Source of the DNA: Octopus sinensis
Lineage: Eukaryota
Length of the DNA: 64,000 nucleotides
Direction of reading: 5' to 3'
Assembly (NCBI RefSeq): GCF_006345805.1
Contig: NC_043002.1
Span: 104,160,001-104,224,000, forward strand
Within the stretch, counting starts at the first letter, position 1. Each line of letters opens with the position of its first letter. Positions 1 to 12,578 of the stretch are shown here, piece after piece. The notes under the pieces were generated by a model. The model ran no database searches, was not told where the DNA came from, and saw nothing but the letters and a program-made list of their open reading frames with translations. The translations under genes were made by a program, and so were the position numbers.

Positions 1-128
1 CGAGAACTACGTTAAGGGTACACGTGTCTGTGGAGTGCTCAGCCACTTACACGTTAATTTCACGAGCAGGCTGTTCCGTTGATTCGGATCAACCGGAACC
101 CTCATCGTCGTAACCGACGGAGTGCTTC
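1..128 (+). mobile_element. 3' part of SINE family D (cut by window edge)
   Basis: gggtacacgtgtctgtggagtgctcagccact..cgttaatttcacgagcaggctg is the reverse complement of segments at ~12230-12340 and ~49290-49400. Confidence 0.8.
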
Positions 129-765
129 CCATCTTCATTATAACGATCGATCTTTGACTGTGACAAGGCTTAAACAATGTGAGCTAAATAATTCTATTAT
201 TTTTAGCCCAAATGACATGTGTAATAGAGATCTGCTTGCGATATATTTTGGACAACCTATCAGACTTGAACTTGTTTCAACAGCGAATTTTAAATTTTAC
301 TTTTACTAATCCGACAACATTTTCGCTCACGTGACCTATTCCAAACCAAGAGCCGACATTCATAACAGACAAAATATTTCGTCAGAGATTTGAGCTTGCA
401 GCTTCGTTACTTAAATGATATAGACTATTTTATAATAAAAATTCAGAAGCTACTCATCTTAACTTTAATTATTATTAATATAAACTTTTAATATATTACT
501 GCTCAAATTTGCATTAGTTCCTAAATATAAGCGAATATATTCATGTAGAATTATATATTTGTATCTCAGAGCAGGATAATTTACGCCTTCCAGTAGTTAT
601 GCATATCACAAACTGCTTTATTTTCCAAAAGCGTTTCTGTTCGGCAATGCATGAATGACTAGAAGCCAACGGGTACAAAGTTAACATATATCCACCTATA
701 TAGAGATATGCAGAAAAGAAATTAATTCTCTGGAGTTGTATCTTCTAAATACCTCCAGAGACGCG

Positions 766-869
<104 letters not shown>

Positions 870-1362
870 ATATGCCTATTTTAACGTGTATATGTATAAA
901 CATGCGAAAGCGTGCACTGACAAGCGAGGAAATAGAGATGGTAGAAGATCCAGTCATAAACGTCGGGTCTCCGACAAGTATTTTGCGGAAAAACCTGCAC
1001 GGAACATTTCTTTATAGGACTTAAATATTCGTGTTGTATATTAGCTTACTCCCTCCATCGATTTGACATTAATTGTACATGGACACAGCGTACGGCTTTT
1101 CAGATATCGTAGTGAACGGATATCAGATTAAGAACAATTTACCCAAAATAGTAAAGACTCTTTTTCTCCGGATTATTCCAAGCACATAACAAGATATGCA
1201 CAATAAGGGTTTTTCTATTCTTTGATCAAGACTGGTGACTGAGGGGCATTGACAATGGCCTTGGGGGGATTTTGCTCAGGCCGCTAGGGGGAAGGCGCAG
1301 ACTCATAATTTAATATAAAAGTAGGTGTATGTATATATATATATATATATATAATATATATA

Positions 1363-1824
1363 TATTATATTAAATTAGAGATAAAACCACTATTAAGCAA
1401 ATCAAACAGTGAAAATCATAAGCTAATACATAGAAATAAAATAAATAAAATATATAAAAAAATATAAAATATATTTAAATTAAAGTTAAGATTAAAAATT
1501 TTTTTTAAATTAATAATTTAAACTTATAAATTTTAAATATATATATATATATTTAAAATTTATAAGTTTGAATTATTAATTTAAATAATTTTTAAAATCT
1601 TAACTTTAATTTAAATATTTTAATTTGGAATTTTATATTTTATATTTTTTATATATTTTATTAATTAATTTTATTTCTATGTATTGGCTTATGATTTTCA
1701 CTGTTTGACTTGCCTAATAGTGGTTTTATCTCTAATTTAATATAATACATATTTTTATACTATAAAATTAGATTCAATCCTATATCTAATTTTTCCCTGT
1801 AAGTTTGGATTTACTCCCTAATAT

Positions 1825-1826
<2 letters not shown>
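1363..1826. mobile_element. AT-rich fold-back element (palindrome 1363-1747, right arm extends to ~1826), flanked by (TA)n; PLE-terminus-like
   Basis: Arms are reverse complements around a central (TA)n at ~1537-1551. Segment 1670-1826 is homologous in reverse orientation to 37180-37320, which is linked to an HHR. Confidence 0.75.
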
Positions 1827-1855
<29 letters not shown>

Positions 1856-1922
1856 GAATGTATGTATGTACGTATGTACATATGTATACATATATTTGTA
1901 TAGGAGTGCATGCTAATATATG

Positions 1923-1960
<38 letters not shown>

Positions 1961-2183
1961 AATACTCCATACATTTTATTCGCTACTTAATATTTTAACA
2001 AAAATTATCTTGTTTACTCTTAAAACATTGGAGACAAAGTCTTATATATTATCTACTGGGGAATATATATACATATACATACATACGCACATTTATATAT
2101 ATATATACTTACATGTATATATGTATAGAACAAAGTAAAACTGGAAGGTACTGCACGAGTGAAAATATATATACATACATACA

Positions 2184-2235
<52 letters not shown>

Positions 2236-2237
<2 letters not shown>

Positions 2238-2244
2238 TAGATAT

Positions 2245-2325
<81 letters not shown>
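2236..2325. repeat. (GATA)n microsatellite
   Basis: Direct reading; a similar tract lies at ~37450-37610. Confidence 0.95.
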
Positions 2326-2326
<1 letters not shown>

Positions 2327-2394
2327 TAAACTTCCTTGGAAAGAGATGCGTGGCGTCCGATCATATAATAATATAAATAATATATAAATATATG

Positions 2395-3119
2395 CATATA
2401 TTGTTATATTTCGGAATGGTCATATTGCCAGTTTAGCCAATAAAAACACACGCACTATATATTTGGTGTTATTTTGCTTCAGTGATATTTATTTTTTACA
2501 TTAATCTTAATCTTATTTCGGCCAAAGTTCTTTCGTCACACTCCTGTGACCGCATCAGTGGTCCTTTGTTTTCTTCTCACTTACTTGTGTCTCTCCTTAC
2601 TAACCGTCAGCCATTTTGTATTTCTATTATTTTTTCGATTAGATTTATTATTATTATTACTAATATTGTTGTTATACATACATACAAGCATATGTAATTA
2701 TAATAATGGGTGGATGTAAACACATGAACAAAGTTAGAACAAAAGCAACAACAACAAAAACAAAATACAAATTACAAGAATGTATATAACCAGAAGATAC
2801 AAATATTACAGGCATCCCCCCCACATACACACTAAATAAACATAGACGCACATAGTGATATAAGCATGCGCAAATGAAGACATACAATAGAAATACAAAA
2901 TGGCTGACGGTTAGTAAGGAGAGACACAAGTAAGTGAGAAGAAAACAAAGGACCACTGATGCGGTCACAGGAGTGTGACGAAAGAACTTTGGCCGAAATA
3001 AGATTAAGATTAATGTAAAAAATAAATATCACTGAAGCAAAATAACACCAAATATATAGTGCGTGTGTTTTTATTGGCTAAACTGGCAATATGACCATTC
3101 CGAAAGATAACAATATCTG
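2395..3119. mobile_element. Long inverted-repeat element: ~234-bp near-identical arms (2395-2628, 2886-3119) with ~257-bp spacer
   Basis: Arms are near-perfect reverse complements. ORFs 2482+ and 2832- share the same first ~49 aa for this reason. Confidence 0.9.
2950..2994 (+). ncRNA. Degenerate minimal hammerhead-like motif (mirror copy 2520-2564, minus strand)
   Basis: ggacca-CUGAUGC-g-GUCACA ggag UGUGAC-GAAAG aa CUU-uggcc: 6-bp stem II, short stem I, core A9 replaced by C. Confidence 0.5.
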
Positions 3120-3324
3120 TTTCAACACACGACTTCACATAAAAAATCTTGCACAACAAATATTTAAACGTATATGCATATATATATACATATATGTACA
3201 TACCTACATATATATCTATATAAACATGCATATATGGGTACAGGACATAAAAAGAATACGTTTGATGTGTTTCCCTCTGTATATATACGTATTTGTGTGA
3301 AAGTGTATGCGTGCGCGTGCGTGG

Positions 3325-3535
3325 GGTTTTGTTCCCATCCCCATCTCCACCGCCACTGCTTGTCAAACGGTGCTGATGTGTTTACGTCCTTGTAACTTAG
3401 CTGTTCAGTAAATGTTGCTGATAGCATCAGAAGTAGGCGTTAAAGAATGGGCACTGCTGTTGAGACATTCGACCAAAAATTGTTGAAGGTGCAACCCCGC
3501 ATGGCCGCATTCTAACGATTGAGTCGACAAGATAT
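3325..3535 (+). mobile_element. Old, degenerate 3' half of SINE family A
   Basis: tgtgtttacgtccttgtaacttagctgttcag...gcatggccgca matches 32170-32300. Confidence 0.65.
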
Positions 3536-4050
3536 TTCTCACCCTTTACCGGTTTCAGCTATCAAAGTTCGGTCATCAAAGAACGCTACTTTCAAAAACA
3601 ACTTTTATTCGAATTATTCAACCCCTGTGCATATTTTTGTGGCTATAGTACAAAACACTTACCCCAATCTGACATTTTAGATAAAACAGCAAGAAATTCC
3701 CCGTATTCCAGCCTCCCTTTTCCACCCAAATTTTCCCGTAGTGGTAAACCTAATAGACTATCCTTCCACTCTTCGACGCTGGATCGCAAATCTGACGCTG
3801 CCCATCAAAATCCGTACCAGCGCACACCTCCATACCCCAAGCTATATTTGGGTAACCCCTCAACTGGAATAAGGTATTACAAACACAAACACAAAGGCAA
3901 ACATATATATACACAGACAAACTCACCGACACACGCGCACAAGCATATATAAGCACACATCTGTGTGTGTGTTTGTGTGTGCGTGTGTATATATGTGTAT
4001 ATGTGTGTGTATGTTTGTGTGTGTGTGTATGTGTGTGTGTGTGTGTGTGT

Positions 4051-4120
4051 GTCTTTCAGTTTCCTACTACCAAATTCGCTCACAAGAGGTTGGTTGTCCG
4101 AAAGTTATAGCGAAGACACC
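4051..4120 (-). mobile_element. Fragment of SINE family A
   Basis: ctttcagtttcc..accaaattcgctcacaag..tatagcgaagacac matches the family A core. Confidence 0.55.
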
Positions 4121-4776
4121 ACAACCGTACACCTTATATTGTCATGTATCGGTACATAAATATATACATTCATATGCACGCGCTAAATTACATATACTTA
4201 TTTGAGAATAACCACGTGCACACACAAACACACAAACACACACACACATAGGTATAAACAAAAGCGCGCACACATAGACATACCTATGTAAGTATGTGTG
4301 CGCGCATAATTACATAAAATCTTCGAGCAGATATCTGTGTATGTCACACAATGTATGTGACTTTCATACTGAGAATGCATTACATGATATCAGTGTGTAT
4401 GCGTGTGGCTGTGTTTCTTTGCGATGGGTAATCAAATAAGTGTTGGGGCCATGATTAATATATTAAAAATTCTCCTGGAAATTTAACGAAGTAGTTTAAA
4501 AGTTACAAGTTGTGTGTTTGATAAATATGACTCAGGTGTGTTTATCAATAGTGTACAGGTAACAGTTAATTTCAGCAGAAAAACACCAGCTGGACCCAGT
4601 TAGAAATATGATTTACGTTTTATAATACGACAGTATAGGCTATATACATACGAGCAAGTGTAATTAGAAACACTTGGAAATTGGGTAGAGTGTTGTAAGT
4701 GAATGCGAGCAAAACATCTTCATACATATTCACAATAGGCACAGACCAATAGAGACTGTCTATCTCGCTCTCTCTC

Positions 4777-4883
<107 letters not shown>

Positions 4884-4919
4884 TGTATGTATCTCCATTT
4901 CTCTATGTATATATATATG

Positions 4920-4954
<35 letters not shown>

Positions 4955-5223
4955 CTATATATATATATATGTCTATCTTTCTATCTATATCACTCTCATA
5001 AACGCACATGATATATAGATGCACACAGACTCACAAATACACAAACATAATCACACATCTATATTTCATCGGTTTGTTAAATATTTTACACAGTTAATAA
5101 AAAGGATACGATTTTATTTTATCGGCTTCACTTTAAAGCTGTGGGCCCTTGAAACAACCACGCTTCTGTAAGTGTGTGTGTTTGTACGTTTGTGCGTGTG
5201 TGCCTGCGTGTGTGCTTAAATAA

Positions 5224-5276
<53 letters not shown>

Positions 5277-5462
5277 TAGACATATAGATAGATATATATA
5301 TACATAGTTATGTTATATTATTTTGCTAAGAACGTAGTTGAGTACAGTATAAAGCACGTCCACCTTCAGATTTCACCCTATGCTATCCAGTAGTAGTATT
5401 GTACTTAGTTCCAGGTTTGCGTTTGAGCATCTGTCGTGTGTTAAGAGATGGTTGCAGCATTC

Positions 5463-5653
5463 GGAGTCAACAAGAAAGTTTATGGTTGGACATTCATTTT
5501 CAATCACTACGATTAATCCCACGCAAAGTTGTTCTACAGGCGTGCAGGTACTTGATTAATTAGATATCTGCAAGTCTGGAAAACAATGTTGCGTGGGATT
5601 AACCGTAGTGATTAAAAAATAAATGTCCAACCATACACATTCTTGGTGACTCC
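5463..5653. repeat. ~190-bp imperfect palindrome
   Basis: ggagtca..tatggttggacatt..aatcactacgattaatcccacgcaa pairs with ttgcgtgggattaaccgtagtgatt..aatgtccaaccata..tgactcc. Confidence 0.85.
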
Positions 5654-5684
5654 AATTATATATAAGTACTCCCCTACTTTCCCT

Positions 5685-5915
5685 CACGTGTGTGACCCGT
5701 CTGTCCGAGTCAATCGCCATGATAGATCGTTAGCCACTACACACATTGTTTCTCTCCTTGTTTTTCTCCTTGTTTTTTTTCTGTGACCCTTTCTGTAGAA
5801 GAGAGTAGGCTCGAAACGTAAAAGACTGTTTCTATTCCTGAGCGTTATACTAATACATCTGTTTGTTTTGTACACCAACTGTCTTCGTCTTTTGTTTTTT
5901 TTTATTTTTCGTGAA

Positions 5916-5918
<3 letters not shown>
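5685..5918 (+). mobile_element. PLE-terminus-like unit with variant minimal HHR (5789-5824)
   Basis: cuuu-CUGUAGA-a-GAG aguagg CUC-GAAACGUA-aaag; homologous to 52820-52985 (minus). Confidence 0.65.
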
Positions 5919-5957
<39 letters not shown>

Positions 5958-6631
5958 GCATCAATAAGAATTTTTTTAATTCAAAATCAATAAAGAAATG
6001 TGAATAATAAGGTAAAAAGGAGTCCAGTCATTCAGTGGGAGACAGAGTTTGCTAAGGCTTATCAATCATTCCCATCTATAGCCGCTGCAAGTATTTCATT
6101 GAGCGACATTACGAAATCCACACGAATCATACGGAGGTAAATCGCTCTTGGTCGTTTTCTCTCGCGCTTTCCGCCTTGTAGGGTTTTAAGCCACTGGGGT
6201 TAGCATTCATCTGGTGGGTACCACAGTTGGTGACCAATCTCTCTCTGCCGGCGTTTGTTTCTCCTTGTGCTCATTTGCTTCCCTCAGCCAGTTGGTAAAA
6301 TATGTCATTTGAAACGTAATATTTATAGGACATCTGATATATTTTCCTCGGGGTATCTGATATATTTTTTCTCAGGAGAAAAGTCTTCACCATGGCCTTT
6401 TGACGATTCGTATTTATTACCCACGTCTCGCAGATAGATGCTAATATATCTGAGGATGTGTGTTTTATGCAGAAGTATGTTTATGTGTGCACCTAGGTAT
6501 GTAGATTTGTAGGTAGGTAGGTAGGTAGGTATGTTTGATGATGATATCTACACCACGCTGAATCATTTCAAAGCGCCCTTTCCACATCAACCATTCTCTA
6601 AAACTGACCGAGGAAAAGGCGTCCACCTCAA

Positions 6632-6712
<81 letters not shown>

Positions 6713-6720
6713 TATTATTG

Positions 6721-6799
<79 letters not shown>

Positions 6800-6809
6800 T
6801 ATTATTATT
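6632..6809. repeat. (TTA)n tract = (TAA)n tail/target of the adjacent R4/Dong fragment
   Basis: Direct reading. Confidence 0.95.
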
Positions 6810-6988
6810 GTCTTTGCACAGCTTCTAACGCTGGAGATGTACCACGGTGTCAGCTGTTCGCTACCAGTAAACTAAGGTATCTCCTCTTATTTTTCGAGCA
6901 CATTCCGGTTCCAAGCAGTGCTGTTTTCTGTAAGTGCTCCACCCTTATTGCAGCTCCTATTTGTTGTACGTACTTCTCGAAGTTTTAT
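6810..6988 (-). mobile_element. 3' end of R4/Dong-clade non-LTR retrotransposon
   Basis: Minus strand reads NFEKYVQQIGAAIRVEHLQKTALLGT, matching the R4/Dong C-terminal LQKxxLLGT motif, then a short 3' UTR and (TAA)n. Confidence 0.75.
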
Positions 6989-7072
6989 TCAGGTCACTGC
7001 CTGGAATCGAACTCGGAATCTTGGGGTTAGTAGCCCGCGCTCTAAACCACTACGCCATATGCCCGTGGGCAT
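6989..7072 (-). mobile_element. tRNA-derived SINE head / tRNA pseudogene
   Basis: Minus strand has A box TGGCGTAGTGG and B box GTTCGATTCC; acceptor stem is not intact. Confidence 0.7.
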
Positions 7073-8266
7073 GCTCTTATCTCTTTGTTTATATCTAGTG
7101 ATTCTTGAGAATAAGGTGGGTGTGTTGAAAGAATAAACCTTGAGCAAGGTCCGAAGAGCAAATCTTTCTTTATCAGTCGCCTGAAAGCACGCACAAAGCT
7201 CTCTCGCCAAGATTCACACAGGCAGATAGAGAATCTCTAATATTTTCGCATAACCACATTCTTACCGTGTAGATAGGATCGTTACAGGAACGGTCAATGT
7301 TAATCATTGTACTATACTATGTTAATCTATTTATCGGATTGAAATAAAATTTGTTCACGGCCACATAATGTATTTATCTCAAATAGAAGAATTTAAATAG
7401 GAATACAGAATTCTGTGCAGTATTTCTGTTAAAACATGTGTGGCACAATATCTCTTCCAAATGAACCAAATTCGGTTTGAAACGAGGTTAAAGTGTCTGT
7501 CAATGTGACCAATCAATTGCATTAGTCGTTGAATAGCCATTATCATAATCAGTGAATCAGACGACCAAGTTGTATTCATGAAAAATATGGCGGCAAACGA
7601 TGGTTGCGTCGATCCATTTAGTTTTCACATTCTCTGCTGTGGAGACAAACCTCGCTCTCATCGTATATAACCAGGAAAATGGTGTGTGTATAACCGATTA
7701 ATATATGAACTGAAATTGCCTTTTGTTCGACTGAATGCTGACGTTGTCTTGATATGGAAATCACTTTCGCTTTCTCTTTATTTTGTTTATATTGTTCTCC
7801 TTTTTCTTATTTCTTTCCTTTTTCCCTTGTCTCTTTTTTTTTTTCAAGCTCAGTCTCGGCTCCTTTCCTTCTACCTTTCCTGTCTTTCTCTCTCTCCTTC
7901 GCTGTCTTGCATTATTTGTCTCCTTTCAGTATTTCCATCTAGGTATTTTTTCACTTTCTCTTCTGATGCACACTCACGGTCGTACATGCATGCAAATACA
8001 GAAGCACATACATACACGCAATTATACAAACGTACACACATACACACATTCACGCACGCACGCACACGCACACAAACGCACACATATCCACACATACAAC
8101 GAATACATTCAAAACCACATACACAATGTACACCAAAGTATAGAATCTTGTTTTAGATGCACACAGCTTTCCGTTGCAGCTCTCTGCTAAACGTTTAGTC
8201 TCCAATAACATCAGTTCAACCCTAGTCATATGCTAGAATTCCAAAGAATTATATAACGTTACTTAC

Positions 8267-8411
8267 CTCTTAGATTCTTGAGTGATGGGCCCACGCCACC
8301 AGGTAGCTCATTGCCGCATCATTAAGTGCTGACGGTTACAATATCCAGCATTCCATTAGACATTCAGACCAGGTGTTCACAGTGGTGATATATAGGTCAT
8401 TCTTCTCTTCT
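8267..8411 (-). other. Candidate 145-nt exon (non-coding or pseudo-exon)
   Basis: Acceptor cctattttctttgcag| and donor gag|gtaagt on the minus strand; all three frames contain stops. Confidence 0.3.
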
Positions 8412-9105
8412 CTGCAAAGAAAATAGGACACTGTTGGAACGTGTCTGCTCATAAATTTTTTATAATACATTATTTTAATTGAACTTCTCATGGCATTAAG
8501 TGACAAAACGTAAACACGCGCATATGCGTACACATAAATACAGACATACGCACAAAGAGAGAAGTAGAAAAACAAACCTGAATGCACGCACAAACACGGG
8601 ACCCTGCAGTGATCCTATGTGTGTATTTATGCATAAATCTTCATATAAAGCGTGGCATAGACACGTGTCAAAAGATATTTGATGTCATGCAAACTAAGAC
8701 GACAAAAATACGACCTCATCGATTCAGTGGGCGAAGCTTAATACAGCAATCCGAAAATATTAAGCAAACGACTGCACGCATATTATAAAGTTTCACGTAT
8801 TTCATAGATGAAAAACAGGTTGAAATGTATCAGCCAAATTGTTAAATGTTTTAATTGAAATCTAGGACGATGTGCACTTTCTCTAAATATAGGTGAAAAA
8901 TATGTGCCGATGTTTATCACCTTCCACCGTGATTTGCCAGAGCTTACCCAACAACGTAAAATTTTCGTCACTCAGTTGAATGAGTTTTGTTGAGTCAGAT
9001 GTTGCGACTCTGGGTCGCATGTTCCTATCATCCTCAATGCTCGTGCTTGCAGCATCATTAATTTTCTCTCCCTCTCTCTCTCTCTTCTCTCTCTCTCTCT
9101 CCCTG

Positions 9106-9165
<60 letters not shown>

Positions 9166-9207
9166 CAAATACGATTCCTGGCTAACTATGCGACTTCTGA
9201 CAATTTT

Positions 9208-10375
9208 CTAGCAATATGTTTTTATGAAGCGTAAAGTGAAACCTGGTCGAAGAAATCTTCCAGGATTTGTCTCTACTGGAAGGCCTATTACCTGCCATTC
9301 ATTGTTTTCATAATGTTCAAATTCAATGTATTTTCTGTCTTTAGTGAAGAAAGTGACATTGAAGTTTCCTTTCCATTGACCTACCACACCTAACATCCTT
9401 ACCACCTTAAATGTCACGTGCTTAAATGACAGTTGAGACATTAATTGCAAATTAAAATACTTTATAGAAATATAACGAAGGAAACAAAAATATTTCCTCA
9501 AATAGGCCACAAGAGAGATGATTGTCAGTTATTGAAATAAATCACCAAATGAGATTGGAAAACTCTCCTAATATCCATAGTTATATTATCTGAAAGAGCA
9601 ATAGTTCCAACGCAATCTCTTCAGATACTCTTCAGCACTCACCTCTTAATCGCAATATCCACTCTTGGCAGTTGAGTTAGCCTTGGTGCAAGCTCACAAT
9701 CTGCAAGCTCAAAATGTGACTCTTGATAAAGTTCACAATATCCACAGAACATGTAGTTGTATATTGTAAGTATAAGAATGTTTTACTATTGTTTTTCGCG
9801 GGCGCATTAAGTGATTTGCATCTCTTTGCAGTACATTGTGTTTAATCTCCAACGAGTCGTAATATCAGGTTCTATGAAGACGGCGAGATAGCAGAACCGG
9901 TAGCATGCCAGACGAGATGCTTATCGATAGTTCGTTTGCTGTTACGTTCTGAGTTCAAATTCCGCCGGGGTCGACTTTGCCTTTCATCCTTTCGAGGTCG
10001 ATAAATTAAGTACCAATTGGTACTGGGGTCGATCTAATCGACTGGCCCCTCCCCCAAAATTTCGGGCCTTGTACCTAGAGTAGAAAAAATATTTAAAGGC
10101 GGCCAGCTGGCAGAAAATTTAGCACGCCGGTCGAAATGGATACCGATATTTCGTTTGTCTTTGCGTTCTGAGTTCAAATTCCGCTGAGGTCGACTTTGCC
10201 TTTCATCCTTTCGGGTCGATAAATTAAGTACCAGATGGGTACTGGGGTCGATACAATCAACTGGCCCACTGCCTAGAATAGAAAAGAATATCGGTTTTTA
10301 TAGAGAGTAGGCTAAACATCTGACTGCTTCAGTTCCAAAAACGACATCAAGATAACGAATATTGACCTGTCGCAT
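9208..10375 (-). pseudogene. Intronless pseudogene of a secreted Cys-loop receptor ligand-binding-domain protein (AChBP-like), split by a SINE dimer
   Basis: Motifs in expected order across frameshifts: signal-like SIFVILMSFL; IKHNVLQRDANHLMRP; RLRWN; NITMDIRRVFQSHLVIYFN; VGQW; HYENNEWQV; GFTLRFIK then stop with no TM helix. Confidence 0.7.
9878..10286 (+). mobile_element. Tandem pair of SINE family B (tRNA head + Deu/Nin-like domain)
   Basis: Two copies of ggcg..agc/tggcagaa..gagttcaaattccg..gtcgactttgcctttcatcctttcg(a)ggtcgataaattaagtacca; imperfect 15-bp TSD at 9861-9875 and 10287-10301. Confidence 0.9.
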
Positions 10376-11098
10376 GAGCAAGGTGTAACAAATATTCAAT
10401 ATTCTCTTTGTGGCGTAATGAATGCCCGTTCTTTCTTATCGTGTATTATTATTATTAACATCCAAAGACACATTCAACTATGTCCTCGAACATATACGGA
10501 ATCGGGATAGAGTGTTACCCCAACAATGAACTAAACACACCCACACGCACACACACAAACACCCCCCCACACACACACACACATCTTCAGCAGTTTCAGT
10601 ACCAAGCAGCGTTTAGGCAAGAGCGAGCTGTATTAGTAAGGTAAAATTATCTTTAACATACTTTACGCTTACTATAAAGAAGTTCGTTGCAGTTATAGTG
10701 GAGAGGAGATTCTGTCTTCAGGTAAACGGTGAAAAAGCGTAACATCAACGCAGTGCTGCCTCCCCTCAGATTACGAGACGCACCGTTTCTTAATCTAAAT
10801 CTTTCCGGTGTTAACTCTCTTCGATATTTCCGATTCTTAACTGCTAAAGAGTTGGAAATGCTGGCCTTGAAGTCCAATAGAGGGCGACAATAGGCAGATA
10901 TAAAATTTTTACAACTCTGACCATAAGAGGCATAAGCGGGATTTTTTTACTATTTTTCCATTACAACTGCAGTGAATTTACCCTTTGAATTTGAAGTATT
11001 GCCTAACTTTCGCATATATATATATATATATACATACATAGATACATAGATAAATAGGTAGATATACATATCTATACATATTCATATGCATGTGCATG

Positions 11099-11136
<38 letters not shown>

Positions 11137-11269
11137 GGATATATATACATATATGGATATATATATATATATATATGTGTGTATATATATATATATAGAT
11201 ATCTGTGTGTATGCATACACCTGTATATTCAAGCACACATATATATATTGATATACATACACAAATATA

Positions 11270-11350
<81 letters not shown>

Positions 11351-11689
11351 ATATATATATAATACTTGCTTATATGTGTGTGAAAGAGTGTGTATGCGTG
11401 TGTGTGTGCGTATGTTACACTCACGCACACACAAACATACTTTCCCCAGCGCACATATGCACGCACACACATGCACACACACAAAGATTAGTTATGATGA
11501 GAATACTGGGACAAGGAATCGCTAGAACCCGGCCACGTGATGCGTTTCAATGCTAGAAAGTTCTTCAACTCTCAGGATTTCCCAATTAACCCAGAACGTT
11601 GTGAGTAACCAACCAATTGTTAATCAAAAATTATATTTATTATCGATCACGAATTATTGAATCAGGTAATGGGTGAGTCTAAGTGGTAG

Positions 11690-12070
11690 TTGTCGACGAT
11701 GGCGATGGTGGTGGTGGTGGTGGCGGTGGTCGTTGATGTTGTTGTAGTGGTGGAGATGAAGATGATGGTGGACGCTTGGTGGTGGTGGTGGTGGTGGTGG
11801 TGGTGGTGATGGTGGTGGTCTTATTAAGGATGGAGATGAAGATGATGGTGGACGCTTGGTGGTGGTGGTGTTGGTAGTGGTAGTGGTGGTGGTCTTATTA
11901 AGGACGGAGATGAAGATGGTGAAGGAACTGATAACGGTGATGGAAGTGATGCTGGTGATTAAGGGGAAATGATGGCTTATATGATGATTATGGTGTTTCT
12001 GATTGCTTGGCAGTCATAAATATGACGATGCTGCTGCTGCTGCTGCTACTGATGGTGATGATGATGATAG

Positions 12071-12119
<49 letters not shown>

Positions 12120-12125
12120 AGTTGT
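11690..12125. repeat. (GGT)n/(GAT)n compound repeat with ~80-bp internal duplication
   Basis: tggagatgaagatgatggtggacgcttggtgg occurs at ~11751 and ~11831. Confidence 0.85.
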
Positions 12126-12224
12126 ATGTGTGATAGTGTTGTCGGTGGTGGTTGCGTTAGAGGAGCGATAGATGTGGTAATTATGTTACTATGGAGAATG
12201 ATTGTGGATGTTAGTAATATTTGT

Positions 12225-12578
12225 GGTACTCCGTCGGCCGCGACGACGAGTGTTCCAGTTGATCCTGTCAACGGTACAGCCTGCTCCTGAAATTAACGTG
12301 CAAGTGGCTGAGTATTCCACAGGCACGTGTACCCTAAACGTAGATTCAAGGAGATTCAGCGTGATACAGAATGTGACAAGGCCGGTCCTTTGAAATTCAG
12401 GTACAAGAGAAATAGGAACAAAGAGTAAGAGAAAATTGTGGTGAAAGAGTACAGCGGGGTTTCGCCAACACTCCCTGCCGGAGCCTCGCAGAGCTTTAGG
12501 TCTTTTCTCGATCTTGGAATCGAAACCGCAATCTTACAACCGCGGGAACACTGCCCTAGCCCCTGGGCATTTGCGCCA
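12225..12578 (-). mobile_element. Near full-length SINE family D
   Basis: Minus-strand tRNA-like head (B box gtttcgattcc), a middle part shared with the 20466 SINE, and a 3' part shared with 1-128. Confidence 0.8.

Noticed and set aside
6989-7072. Functional tRNA gene
   Set aside because: A and B boxes are present but acceptor and anticodon stems do not pair properly; treated as a SINE head
9640-9740. Plus-strand similarity to a PIF1/Helitron helicase motif (TICK.Q.VTLDKV)
   Set aside because: Needs frameshifts, no other helicase motifs, and the minus strand is better explained as the Cys-loop LBD relic
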